Both the position numbers and the translations under genes were made by a program. From assembly GCA_048213135.1 (NCBI GenBank), contig PS015058.1:120042-184041 (forward strand): a stretch of DNA of 64,000 nt, given 5' to 3'. This document shows positions 24,101 through 37,779 of the stretch, one piece after another. Position 1 is the first letter of the stretch, and the number at the start of each line of letters is the position of its first letter. Origin of the DNA: Reclinomonas americana ATCC 50394. Lineage: Eukaryota. The notes beneath the pieces were generated by a model. It was given only the letters and a program-made list of their open reading frames with translations. It searched no databases and was not told the origin of the DNA.

Positions 24101-27100
24101 GAGTTTGTCGACCAGAGCCTGAAACCGAGTCTCGATTTCTTCCGCAAGGCGCGTGCAGTCGAGTCGGCGCGCGAGCGTGGACGCCGATTCGGTGATCGCA
24201 CGGTGGAGGGCCTCAGCATGCTCGTGCGAAGTGTTGCGTCGTTGATTGTCGAAATCGTGAAGAAAGTGGCGGCGCGATTTTGACCTCCCATCTCCACACA
24301 TGCAGGTCGCCGAGGAAAGCAGTCTGCTCTCAGATCCGGATGCGGTGAAGCAGCTGGTAGATCCCGGTGAGTGCTCTCATTCTGTCGATGAGCACGCGTA
24401 CATGCGGCAGCTCATGCTTTCTCGTGATTGTGCGAATAGATGCCAAGCTGGTGGCGGATGCAGCCATGCGCCGGGATGCCACCGAAGCCGGTGTGCTGGC
24501 CACACAGCTGATGCTGCGCGCTCTCGCCTCCACGGTGCGCATCCGCAGTCTGTTTTATCACTCCACAGTACTCTACTTATCTTGATTGTGTTTTCCATCA
24601 GCGCGATGGCGAGGCATTGACTCTGCTTACACATGCGGACCGTGTGGCCCGAGAATCTGTGGAGCAGCAACCGAATTACGAGCCGATTCTCGTCGTGAGC
24701 GGATTGGTGTCCATGCACCTCGGCGATGTGATGCAACGGTGCGATACAACTCATGTCGCGCGTGTATTAATGCACCTGTTACTCACTTTCGTCTTTCGCG
24801 GCACCAGTGTCGGTCGTCACGAGGAGGCTCGGCAACATCGAGACGACAGTGCCGAAATGCTCAGTCGTGCAGTCGAGGTGTGTTGTCGCTGACTAAGGGA
24901 GGTCACAGTCCGTTATCGCTGATCACTTGATTCGGCAGATGAATCCCGACAATCGTGATGCACTGCATGGCTTGTCGAATGTGCTGTTCAAGACGGCGTG
25001 CGCCGAGTTGAAATCGTCTTCGGCCGTGCAGCTGTTTAGCAGATCGCTGGAGTACACGAGAGAGGTATGTGGCCGTCTCTGCTCTTCTGCCCATGTTCTT
25101 CGACTCACGATGCCACACACTATAGTGTCGCAATGCACCGTCGTCGCGCTCACTCGGTCCGGAGGCCGTGGCCGAGTTGCACTGCCGTGAGGGCATCTGC
25201 CTGATGGTCATCGGGTGGCACTCGGGCGAGCGAAGCACCGAGGAGCGTGTCGGCTTCCTCACGCAGGCTGCTACGCAGTTCGAAGATGCGCTGGAGGATT
25301 TGCCGCACTTTAGACCAGCATTGCAGCACTCGGGTGAGGAGATCGAGAGATTTCTGGCTGAGTTGTGTGCGTGGTGCTGACACACTCCTTTCTCTCTCGC
25401 AGTGCAAAACTACTATTTGCTCGGTCGGTACACACCCGATGAGAACGCCCTCAACTACTACGTCATGGCCGTCGACCGTGCATGCAAGTTCTCGTCCGAA
25501 GGCTTCGACGTGCGCATTGTGTCGCTGTGGGCCGGCCTGTCGATCTGCGAGGTACTGTCGATGGAGAGAGGAAGTAACCTGGGACGTGTTGCGCACGAGA
25601 CTTACCTGTTTGCTGCAGATCATTCGTCAAACGAGTGATGGTATCACGGTGCCGGAGGAGTTGCCACTGGCTGCCTTCCGTCTGCTGCGCAGTGGTGCCG
25701 TGGCAGCGCGCACCAATCCTGCGAGGAGCTCGATCATGCTGAACGAGACGCTGAACCCGCTGGCCTTGGCGAGTTGCGTCGTGTCGTTTCGCGTTTGTCA
25801 GCAGCGCACTGGTGATGCTCATGAGATGGTGATGTGTATGTGCAGTGGGCCGCGGTGGTGGTGGTGCGATGGATGACGGAGGTCCGTCAGGCGGTGCGTC
25901 GGCGTACTCGGACAGTGTGGATGAAAGTGTGCACAATCGGATGCGCAGCCCGCAGCAGCACCTTGCTGCCTCGAACGCCACTGCTGTGCACGGCTCGACG
26001 TCCATGTTGCGTGCAAATCTGTGCTGCACCCCTGACAATCGATTTCTCACACGTCACCTTCTTCTTCACGCAGTTTGAATCACTCGCTGCAACCGGACGT
26101 GTGGGTTCTGGCCGCCGCAGCGTCGGCCGTGGCAACCATCTCGTACCACCGCCACTACGACGGTTTGTATTGTGTCTGCCTGTTACTGCGCGTGCTTGGT
26201 TGTTTCACTCACGATCCCACAGGCGAGGCGCTTCCTCGTGCCGGTGCCGCGCTGTGTCGTCAGCTGCTGGAGGTGGCGCGGACGATGCTTCCGCGTGACT
26301 CGTCGTACCCGCACCGCCCGGGTGCCAATGGATCGGCAGCCGGCGACGACGATGAGGAGGTGCCGATGCCGCCGGAGGCGCAGGCTCCGCGTGAGAACAA
26401 TCGACGACGAGGTCGTTCGATTTTCGGTCGCACACTCGGACCGAAGAGCATGTCGTCGTCGTCGCTGCTGACGTCGACCATTACATCGCCCGAGTCGGAT
26501 GCCATTGCACGCGTGGAGGTAGGTTTTGCTGTCATTCACTTGTCATCCCCTTCTCTCTCACTCTATTACCGTGTGTGCAGTCGCACCCTCTGCTGGCCAA
26601 GTACCCTGCAGCGGCGGACACGACAGACGAGGTGCTGCTGACATTGGAGTTTGGTGCGTGCTTTTCCCCACTCGCTCCTTGGTTGGCATCCATTTCCTGA
26701 CGAAAATGTGTGGACCACAGAGTCACTCGACATGACGCTGGTGTTGGATGCGCTGGCGAGTGTGTGCCAGCGCACGATGGCGCCCGGCACGTCGATTCTC
26801 AACTCAGGCACCGCCTCCTCGACTGGCAGCATGGCACTGGCGGCCGCGCGCAACAATGACATTGAGTATGTGCAGCAGTTGTTGCAGTCGGGCTTCGACA
26901 TCAACTACGTGTCGCCCACCGGCAACACGCTGCTGGAGAGTGCGCTGATGGGCAAGTACGAGGATCTCGCGCTGTTCCTTATCGAGCGGGGTGCCAATGT
27001 GCGCCACTACAACCAGCACTTGTGTGCCAGTGTCGGGGTACGTGCTGTGGTGGTGGTGGTGGAGGAGAAAGTGAGCCAACTTACTGACTCTTCTGGCTTG

Positions 27101-28299
27101 TGACAGTCGATTGCGATTGCATTGAATTGTTTGCAAGTCGTGCGCAAGATGCACGAGTTGTCGGTGAACTTTGCGGAGACGCTGCCGAATGGCGGTATCC
27201 CGTTCCAGCAAGTGTCATCGTCCGCGGGTGTCGAGCTCATGCGGGAGCTCGGTTTTGACTTTAATGTGGCAAACTTGTTGCGTCGACTGTTGGAGAAGAA
27301 GGCGGTGCTTGACTGTGTGTTTGTCGCTCACTTTTGCACGGCAGCAAACAAAACAACTGCCTACACATTGCGATTCGCCTGAAGCGCGAGAGCGCCGCCG
27401 TGCACATGATTCAGGTTTGGTTCATGAATGTTTGTTTGTTTGAGTGGTATGCTGATGGTGTGTCATGTGCAGCGTGGATACATTACCGATCTCAATGCCG
27501 CCAACTCGGAAGGCCTGACGGCAGCCCATCTGGCAGCTCGCGAAGGCCAATTCAAGGTGCTGGAGCAGCTGTGCCAGCGGTCGGCGCTGCTCGATTTGCG
27601 AGACTCGCGCGGCAACACGCCGCTGCACCTGGTTTGTGCACAGTGCCCCCATCATCTCCACCGACGCCGCGTTCTCACCCCCCTTGCGTGCAGGCTCTCC
27701 GACACAATCAGCCTCTGTGTGCCAAGCTGCTGGCGCAGCGCGGCGCTCGCGTGGATATGGCGGATGAGAATGGTGTCACTCCGGAGCAGCTGGCTTCGGC
27801 ACAAGGCGTGGATCTGTTTGGTGCGGACACGCAGCATGTCATTGCGCCTCGTCGTATCCCGTACTTATTATGTCGTGATGATGATAATGCAGAGCGATTC
27901 ATGCCGCCAGCCAATCTGCGTAAGGCGTTCCGCTCCAAGGAGGGTCTGCTGAAAAAGTACGGCAAGAAGCAGCGCGTGTACATGTACAAGCTTTTGCGCG
28001 ACCGTCTGGAGTACTACCACGTCGATGTTGCGTGTTCCCACCCCCCTCCTGTACTCCACTCCATGCCACTGACCCACACGCACACCTCACAGGGAGTGCT
28101 CAAGGGCGTGCTTCGCGGCGTGATTCAGCTCTCCGACATGCGCCTCGTGGAGGCTCTCGAACCCGGCACCGGCGTCAAGGGCATGCCTCCGTTCGGATTC
28201 CGCGTCAACACTGCGCGGAAGAGTTTTATGTTTGCACCCCCACAACAGGAACAAGTAGAGAAGTGGGTCGATGCCATTCGGCAGGCGATGGAGGCCTGA
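16484..28299 (+). CDS. Giant multidomain protein: PLC-type PH - ARM/HEAT - Clu domain - TPR-like - ankyrin repeats - PH
   Basis: About 45 GT-AG introns spliced in frame by hand. N-terminal PH: LLKYGRKGKPHKRIFRL…TLDLACES. Clu motifs: PLACVVDYVG, PADLELH, GRLMPPE, RLLRREFV, LSPDAF, LHEMGVNLRHMGLVR, EMIARTAK. Ankyrins: GLTAAHLAAREG, GNTPLHLAL. C-terminal PH: KEGLLKKYG…EKWVDAIRQA. Confidence 0.85.
18040..18744 (+). repeat. Example of a pyrimidine microsatellite-filled long intron
   Basis: (CT)n and cryptic CT-rich repeats. Similar tracts lie at 14550-14840, 16860-17175, 41600-43045, 47880-49090, 51845-52900, 54760-55450 and 62550-63710. Confidence 0.9.
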
Positions 28300-28368
28300 C
28301 GAGTGAGCGTGGAATTTGTAAAACACAACTGCACAGGACGCACACCACAGAGAGAGAGAGAGGGAGAC

Positions 28369-30098
28369 ATGCACAGGCTGGCCGAGTGTGCATGCTTTGG
28401 GCCACTGCGCTGCGCGCTGCGCGATCGACGCAAGGGCGACGAAGAGGATGACGACGATCAGGAAGAAGAAGACGAAGAAGAGGAAGAAGAGGATGATGAT
28501 GACGCGCGTCTGCCTTCACACATTCATCTGCTGGATCGCGTCACACATGTGGCGCTTGTGCGATTCAAGCTGTACTGCTACGCCCAGAAGACGGTGAATG
28601 CCACACTGTGCGTGAGCGCACGCGCTGCGATTCTCATTTCATCACACAGGATGTGTCTCACCTGTTCGACCTGGACCTCGCCGACTTTGAGTTGTGTCGC
28701 CTGCTGCGATCGCAGGAGAGCTGGGCGCACTCGCGGAGCACGACACCACGTGCGACGCCGGTGGTCGCTGCTGCAGAAGATGAGGGAGAGGAAGGCGAGG
28801 GAGAGGAGAACAGTGGAGAGTCGTCGGCGAGACAGCGAAGGCGTCGCAGGAGTGCTGGAGAGAGGCAGCCTGATAAGCCGACTGTGCGCGTGATGCCGGG
28901 GAGTGTGTTTGAGCTGCGCACGCGTCGCGGCTCCACCATGGTCTGTTTGTCATTGTCGAGCTGCACTTTGAAATAATCTCACTTCCTCGTCACACAGGTC
29001 GCCGATCTGCAACCGCTATCGCGTGTGCGCTATCGCTTCCACGCTGGGGACGCGAATCGAGCGCGCATGTGGATGCAAGCCATCAACTCAGCTATTTGCG
29101 TGCTCGACGAGGACCACTCGATGATGTTGCTGCGCGAGGCCAGTGCCTGGCATCGGCAGATGGAGCACTGTGTGCGCGATGCGGCGCAGCTGGTTGCGGA
29201 TCTGGCGCACGGTGCCGAGATGCTCCTGCCCGAGGTTTGTAATCCTCGTTTGTGGAAGCAGTGGGTGATCGCTCACTGGTTGTTGTTAGGATCTCGAGTT
29301 TGTCGCCGCTGCGCCTCGTCGGTGGAATCGCGATCTGCACGCCAACGCCACGCTTCAGGCGTGCATGCAGTCGGCACAACACGGTGTGAACAAGCGTCGC
29401 GTGTGCTGTGTGGCTGTGAGTGCGCTGATCATGTGTCGCTGTCGCAGGTGCCGATGCCGCCAAGATGATTTTTGCGTCGCAGGGCAAGAAAGCGCCGCAT
29501 CGTCGCTTCTTCCGTATCTCGGAGGACATGTCGGCCATTGAGGTGACAAGTCCACCGTGCTTGTGCAGCGAAAGCAGGTCTCATTGTTTTTTCGTCGCAG
29601 TGGGGACCAAAGCCGGCCGCCAAGCTGCGCAGTCGCATTCCGTTCGCCTCGGTGGTGCGCGTTCTGTCGGGTCTGCAGTCGCCCATCTTTAAGCGCGCAC
29701 AAGCGTCGATGAGGACCAACACGGCGCTGCCGGTGGAGGAGTGTGGTTTCACGATCGAGACTGCCGAACGCACGCTCGACTTGCTCTTCTTCAATCCCGT
29801 CACGCGTGTCACGTGGGAGCTGGCGATTCGGCGTCTGTGTGGCGGATCCACACGCCTGCAGGAGGTGTGCGCTGTGTGCAACTTATAGGGGCAAAGTGGA
29901 TCTCACCACGTGCTATAGGTGTTTGATGTGCACGATCCACGGCGTGACGGCACGCAAGACAAGTCGTCTGTGTGTCACGTGGTGCTGCCGTCGGATTTGA
30001 TTGGTCACATTGTAGCCTATCTGGGACTGGAGGAATGGTGAGCACCGAGGAGAGGTCCTTTCTTTTTGGGAGCAGAATTCAGCGCCGACTGATGCACT

Positions 30099-30189
<91 letters not shown>

Positions 30190-30367
30190 CGCGACGTCGT
30201 CGTCGTCGNNNNNNNNNNNNNNNNNNNNNNNNNNNNNNNNNNNNNNNNNNNNNNNNNNNNNNNNNNNNNNNNNNNNNNNNNNNNNNNNNNNNNNNNNNNN
30301 NNNNNNNNNNNNNNNNNNNNNNNNNNNNNNNNNNNNNNNNNNNNNNNNNNNNNNNNNNNNNNNNNNN

Positions 30368-30401
<34 letters not shown>

Positions 30402-33337
30402 GCGAACGCTGTGGGCCGTCTCCACTGGTTTCTGTACGTTGCTGGCCAGGTACGCTGCTCGCTATTGACTGGAGTGTTCCGCAGTTGGTGACGCATTTTG
30501 CATCGCAGCAACGTGGTCGGCGTGGAGCTCATTGGCACCACACATCTGCACCGTGCATTGGCTCCGTTCTCGCACTCTCTTCTGCGCTTCCACTCCCACG
30601 GTCCGCTGATTGCCGATGAATATCCATGTGCATTCGCCGATCGCGCAGTGTTTGCCGATTGCTTCCAGTTGCACGATGTGCATCTCCACGGTGTGCACAC
30701 GTTGGTGTCACTCTGTACTCTTCGCATCGTCAACACTTACACCGCACTCGACAGGACGCCCGTTGCCCGGCGAGTTGGTGCTGGCCGATCTCACGGACGC
30801 TCTTCAGCATCGTGACTGCGTGTTGCAGTGCATCGAGCTGGACGGGCTCTCTGTGCATCTGACTCCCGGCGACGAGGATCCCATGGTGGCCTTTGGTGAA
30901 GCATTGCGCAACTCACCCTCACTTACCTCGCTCACATTGGAACGACCGGAGCTGCCGGTGCCGTCGTACGATCATTTGGTGGACGTGCTGCGCAAGCACC
31001 CGAACCTGCGCAGATTTGCCCTGCGTCACGTCTATCTGTGGCGCGAGGCGCGCATCGTTCAGCGTCTGGTCGCCGCCCTGCACGGCAGTCGAGTGTTGCA
31101 GTGTTTGGATTTGACTCGTTGCGTCGATGCGCTCTGCTGGCTGCCATCTGCTTCGTGGTGTTTTTTCATCTTCTCTATCGCACTCTGTGTGTGCAGGTTC
31201 ATTGCTGCCGGAGAGTCTCGTGTTTCCGCTGTGCACAGCCGTGGCGTCGACGCGCATAGAACGGCTGTTGTTGGGTGGTCAGTCTTGTTGTCGCTGCTCA
31301 CATTGTTGTCGGTTGCTGCTCCTGGCTGATTCGCGAGTGGTGTGGCCGCAGACAATGATTTGACGCACATTGGCGATGCCATCAATGCACTGCTCGAGCA
31401 GACGCGGACGCTGACAGAGTTGGATTTGCACGCGAACCCGCTGGGTGGCGTTACCGTGTCTCTCATCTCGCGAGGTCTGGTACTGGAGAGAAGAATGATG
31501 ATGGTGGTGGTGGTGCACTTATTGCTGATCTTCCTGACAGGTCTCACGGCGAACGGCACACTTCGTGTGCTGAAGCTACAATTGACAAGGTTACTACGTT
31601 TCACTCTTCAGCTGCTTGCCATTTTTCATCTAACTGGGGGTGGCCACAGAATGGGTGATCAGGGTGCTGTGCCACTGGCGTACGCCGCGCTCTCGCACGT
31701 GTCGTTGACGGAGTTGAATACGTCGGATGTGTGGAATGGTGCGTGTCAGAAGACAAGTACACTTGCTTGTGATATTTGCATCTGAAGCAGCACGTCTGCA
31801 GACAAGCGAGTCGACGGCCCGTGCGTCGAGGGCCGCGGCTCGGCCGCCCTCCTACACACCCTCACTCGCTCACCCAACTTGAACAAGCTGGAAATGTGTG
31901 GCAACATTATTCGCGGTGGCGACGCCATGAGCTCGCTCGAGTATGCGCTCACGCAACGGGATGTGTTGACACATCTCGACTTGTCGGGTGCGTTGCCGCC
32001 GCTGTGCATTGTTTGCTTCCGGAGTGTTGCATCTAATATCACAGCGGCGCGTCAGGCTGTGGAATGGGCGATCGCGACATGGCCGCGTTTTCTGAGGCTC
32101 TTGCACAGTCCCGCTCACTTTGCAAACTGGTGAGTGCCTTTTCTCCCCCACAGTTCGTACGCTGCTTGTTCTGAAGAGTGGCTGGTGTAGATTCTTGGAT
32201 GTGGTTCGCTGCAGACGGAGCAGGTGCCGGAGGGTGTGATGCCGGGCCTGTTGTCGCTTGCGCTTGCTCTCGTCGACAATCCCAGTCTGACGGAGCTCTA
32301 CTTGACTGGTGCGTTACGCAACTGTGCCTGCAGTGTGGACGGAGCTGAAATCACTGGTATATTCGCAGAGTGCCCGGCTCTCGTGCCGGTTCGGCACATT
32401 GAATGGTCACACCTCATGTCCACTCTCCAACTGCGCGGACACTACAATCGCCAAAGCGTGCCACTGACCGCTGTTGGCTTCTCTGGCGTGGCGCCGTCTT
32501 TTGGTTGCGTCTGTTGTGCTGTGCTCTGCGTGCGGAACGGAAGTGTGACTGTGAACGCGCAGTGGAATGGAGTGGCTTGTCGCCGTTGATATTCTTGTCG
32601 TTTGGCGTGCGTCGCTTGTCGCTTCACGCCGTGGCACTCTCGATGGTCGATATTGAAGCGTTGACGGCTCTGCTGGTCGGCTCCGAGTACGTGGAGGAAC
32701 TCGATCTTACTCGTTTCGTAAGTGCTTGAGTTCATTGAAAACAACAGCTCGTCTCATCGTCTTCCTGGCTGGCACAGAGTGTGAAATCAAGGACGAGCAG
32801 CTGGAACTGATGGCCCACGGACTGGAGGTTACGCGCACACTGCGCCGACTTGACTTGTCGCGCAACAAGGTCACCGATCGCTCAGTCGCTCGCCTGTGCA
32901 CCGTGCTCCGCTTGCGCAATCGCAGCCTCCGGCATGTCGCTCTCACTGGTTTGTGTGCGACATGAGGTGTCGGCAAAGTTGCGCCATACACGCACTGACT
33001 TCTGTGCCATTCTACAGGCTGCCAGCTGACGCCCAATGTGGTTCCCGATGTGCTCCTCTTCCTCGCCAGTGCGCACCACTTGACCACCATTGACGTCAAC
33101 TGTTGCGTGAATTGTGAGGGTGGAGTGCAAAATGTCTGTGTCTCATTGAGATGTGTGCATGCAGACTGCTTTGCCGACCCGCAAGCACTGCACGCGCTGG
33201 CCGTGTACTTGCTAGTCAATCCGCAGACGCATTGCCGAGTTCTTGCGGGAAAAATGACAGTGCCCGTGTCGCCAGCCGTTCTCGAGGTGCTGGCGGCAGA
33301 GCGGATTCTGCTGGAAGCTGTTGGTTTTGTCTCATGA
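28369..33337 (+). CDS. PH + PLC-type PH + RNI-like leucine-rich-repeat protein
   Basis: An interrupted PH ending RYRFHAGDANRARMWMQAINSA; a second PH (APHRRFFRISEDMSAIEW…FTIETAERTLDLLF…WELAIRRL); then RI-type LRRs (TRTLTELDLHANPLG, LNKLEMCGNIIRG, TRTLRRLDLSRNKVTD). Multi-exon, with one N gap inside an intron. Confidence 0.8.
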
Positions 33338-33399
33338 AGTGTTTTGGATACGAGAGTGTCTTCAGATTGATTGAGAGGTCGGTTGTGTCACTACTACAC

Positions 33400-36300
33400 T
33401 CACAAGTCACACAGTTTCCACGACTTTTTCGTCTCGTGCATCTCCAGGAATTTTTCGACCACCTGGCGCACCAGTTCGAGTCCCGACACAAACGTGACAA
33501 AGGGATGCAAGCGGATGGCAGGACCCACATGTGCCGAGAACATCTCCACAAACTCGGTCACCGAGACGTCGTACTGTTCATCCACGGAAAGTTGAGTGAC
33601 TATGGGAAAGTGGAGACAGAGAGGGGGCACGTACCAACTGCGCAAAGTGCACCAGCATGATTTGTGCCTCGCGTCCATGCAGCGATTCGGCCTTGAGGGT
33701 GCTCAGAAACGCCGCAAACTCTTGCTTGACAAAGCGCAGGTCGTTGTCGACAAAGGATCTGCGCGAGAGGGTGATTAACATCGGCTTGCTGCAAGGCAGC
33801 GACGAGTGCACGCAACAATTGAGCTTGTCGCAAAATGTCCAGCACGGTCCAGCCCTTGCAGACGTCCTCGTCGAGTCCCTGACTTGCACCCGGATGCCAG
33901 TTGGGAGCCATGGTGAAGCCGGCACCGCGAGGGTCCGGATGTTTTCCGAGTTCAGCTGTGACCGTCATTTGTGAGGAACAGGTGGAATGGGAGCAGCACT
34001 AGAGACAAGGAGCACGAAACACAAGTTGGAGACTCCACACAGCCCGGCAAACTCCTCAAAGAGCGAGATGCGCGCGTGCCGGATGATGCTGGCCACCTCG
34101 TCGTTGAATTCCGAGAGAATGCGCTGATTCACTGCCAGCTTTTCGCGATCCCACGTCGGCATGCGAAGCTGGGAGGTGGATGATCAGAAGGAGCGTCGCA
34201 GATAACAGTCCACGGGCACCCCCCTCACCTTGGCACACAGCATGCGCAGTTTCCGACACGCTACATAGTTCCAGCGATCCTCCCGGCTGCAAGGCCGTCA
34301 GCACATGAATGCAACAAAGTTGTATGCGTGTGGAAAGCACACGTACCGCTTCAGCGCGACATCCAGTGACTTGTTCATCTGCTGCAGGTCCTCCACCAAC
34401 TCGGCTTTGATCTGTCAGAGTGTGAGCACACATGCTACCGCCACTATAGTGACGCTCCTCCACGTGGATACCTCTCGCCTGTCGCGGAACGGTGACGAGC
34501 TGTCTTCGATAACAGGAATCGGTTCGTCTTGTGCGTTGCCAGGAGATTGCAGCACTGGCCGGGCAGTCTGCAATCCTTCCGCTCTAATACACACACGCCG
34601 CATGTGAGCATAGGTGGACGTCACTGTGTTCTCATTCATGATTGATACCTTCTGCCTCCACGTGAACGAGCCGACGATGTGGTCATGAGCTCCTCTGGCC
34701 GACTGCTGCGTACCGACACAATCTTCTCGCGAAATGTGCGCAGCATGGAGAGGTCGAGGCGTGGCAGTGCCGGAGCTGACATGGCCACCGACGCGATTGG
34801 CCTTGCGGTCGGTGGTCTCGAGCCTGTCCAACGAGGGAGAGGGGATGAGTGAAGGGACAAGAAACGAAGAAAGGAGAGGGAGAAGCAGCAAGAAGGGGGA
34901 AGAGAACGTAGAAAGAGCATGAGAAGAGAGGAGAAGACGAGAGGAGAGGGAGAAAGAGAGGAGAGAGAGAAAGAGAGAGGAATGAACTCGGGAGAAAGAG
35001 CAATGAGGAGAGGAAAGCGAAGAAGAAGAGGAGGGAAGTGAGAAGAGAAGCGGAAGGAGTGATGAAAAATGAGCAAGGGATGAAAGGGATAGAAGAAGAA
35101 TCTGAACTAAGGTCGACTTGATGCGCTTGCGATAATAATGTACGAACATGGCGCGCTCTGCGAAGGCTGTGGAGACACAATGGCCACCACGCTTCGTCTT
35201 CCGTAGCCGACTGTTGAAGGTCGCGACAGCTTGCGCTCAGCTGGCGCAGCGCCGTCGCCCGCAGGAGCTGCTTGGTCGGCAAACTCAAACGGGTTGCTGA
35301 CGCCGTCGATGGTCGATGGTGTTCGCGATTGACCAGCCACGGCCACTGAAATGGAGCTGCGACAAGATGTAAGTGAGGTGTGTGGAAGGGGATGAGTGAG
35401 GAGAGATCACTCACCGCATGGATGCACGAGAGGTGAGTAATGATCGCATGCTCGGTGCGCGCACGGGTGGCTTGGGAACAGGTTTTGGGTCCCACGGCTT
35501 TTCCAGCTCGCTCAGTGTCAGCTTGTGCATCGCCGCCTCGGGCATGTTGTCAAACACCGATGATGCGCCACCCTAACCCCCACATGTGTCAGAAGAGAGG
35601 ATGGGAGAAGTCTCACTCTTCCCGTACGCCCACCTTGAGACAGAGACGCTGACCGCTGACCTCGTCGATCTCCTTGATCAGTTTGAGGAAGCCGGCGCGC
35701 GCCGCCTGCACAATCTCTGTGGCAGCGTGGGTGAGATACAGAGGCGAAGAGACCACTGTTATACCGTCGACGCAACTCATGTCGTCGAGTGAGGCCTCGG
35801 CATAGGTCGAGGCCTTGGGTGCTTGCCGCGGGGTCTGCACGTATTTTTCGTCAATGTGTGGTTTCATCATTTTGCGCACCAGTTCCACGCGACTGCACGG
35901 GGGCAAGTGAGGAGGATGAGTAGGGTGGGAGGGATGTGCATGGCAGGGAGTGTATAAAAGTACCGGCCGAGACTGAGTGTGGTGCCGCGCATGCCCTCCA
36001 ACTGATTACGGAATAGCTCCTCATCGCCAGGGATGACAGTCTCGAGCGAGTGGCGGAGTGAGGTACCGAGGCCGAGGGTATTGTCGCCGGATCTGAAGGA
36101 GGCAAAGGTGAGTGATTGCGTGAGAGAGAAGGAGATGAAAGAAGGAGCGCAACAATGAGTCGATTTGCACTCGTCGACAGCGGCCGGGTGTGGAGAGGCG
36201 AGGTAGGGTACTTTCGGCGGGGCACTCAATGTCGCCTAGGCAGAGGAGGTGAGCAGAGGGGAGGACAGGAGAGGGAAGAGATGCAAACCGTAGGTTTTGT

Positions 36301-37603
36301 AGGGAGCCCACTTGACGGCTTGTCGACCGCGACGTGAGTCCTGCAACGTGGGGAAGGGAGTGCGTAAGGAAAGGGATGAGAAAGAGGGAAGGGAAAGGGG
36401 AAAGGGAAAGGGAAAGGGATGGCAAAGAAAATGAAATGTCTGCCCAAGAGAAGTATCGGAGGCAATGTCAGTGCTGTGAGCTCCACTTCGCTGCTAGATA
36501 GAAGTCGCGTTCCTCTCCCTCTTGTCAACAAGTTCCTCACAGCATCCATTTCTTTCCTTCTCTGTCTCGGCAGTCACTTGTCTCCACTCGTCGCCAACTC
36601 ACCCTCTCGCCATCCCACGTCAGAAACTCCGAGATATCCCTCGCCACATCATTATCAATCAACTTGGCATGCGGATTCGCCATCACACTCAGCTCCTCCA
36701 GCCGCTGCCGCCGCTCCGACGACAGCGGCGACGGCAGGCCGAGTTGCCTCTCCAGCGCCTCCCACTCCATTCGATGTGCCGCATGCACACTGATCCCAGT
36801 GGAGAATACGGTGCCGTTTACAGAGGAACCGGCGGCGGCAAGTTGCGCGAGCGAGGTCGGCCGAGGTGGTTCCCTGTATTTTTGTGATTGGATGATCAGT
36901 CACGCGCCCGTCATTATCGTTCGCAAAGTATGGCAGACAAAGCGCAGAAAGGAATGTAGCGGAAAGTGTGTGTGAGCGTCACGCTCTGAGTGTGCGTTCT
37001 CGTGACAGAGAGAAAGAGCGCGCGTGCTGTGACTGAACAGATCGGAGCTCATGTTGCGCGTGTTCTTTTTCACTGCTCTCTCTCTCTCTGTGCCACTCTC
37101 CATCTCTGTGTCGCTCTGACTGTGTGTTGGTGTGTGCGAGTGTCTCACCGTGCTGACCGCGGTGCGTCCATTTCTCTCGCACGATGATTGAGAAACCGCA
37201 GGTGACGTCACCGCATCTGTCCGCCCTCGTCACACACACACATTCGCCGCGCCGCCGAAACGCCATGGACGCCTTCCCGGTGAGTGTGCGGCAGTAACAG
37301 CAAGACGAGAGAAGAAGCGATGGAGAAAGAGCGAGTAAAGGGGGGAAGATGGCGGCCATCTCTCACACACTCTCTTTCTGTGTCTCTCTCTCACGCAGAA
37401 CATCAACACTGCGACGCCGACTGCTGCGCCGACTGGTGCGACTGCTCCGGTGATTTTCACTGCCGACAGCACCACCAGCCTCAATGACTGCTCCACCTGG
37501 TTTGGGTGAGAGCAAGAGAGCGAGAGCTGTGTGACGTATACTCACACATGCACATGCGTGTGTGTGAGTGTGCACATACATTGAGTGAGTGAATGACTTT
37601 CAT
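33400..37603 (-). CDS. Large multi-exon protein of unknown function with a possible N-terminal C2-like strand and an internal F-box-like motif
   Basis: Predicted start MKVIHSLN|VEQSLRLVVLSAVKITG. Coding-like exons run throughout. LPTKQLLRATALRQLSASCRDLQQSATEDEAWWPLC (~35290-35170) is F-box-like. The product ends …KKSWKLCDL*. Confidence 0.6.
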
Positions 37604-37779
37604 CACTCACAACGAGAAGCAGCTAGCACTATATTGACGTTGTATTTTGTAGACAGCGCACACACACTCTCTCTCTTTCACACACACACACAGAGCGTAA
37701 TCCTTGCGTGAGTCAGTTAGAGCAGCAAGCACTGGCCTTCATGGACTCGAACATGGAGATTGGAATATGACATGACGAG

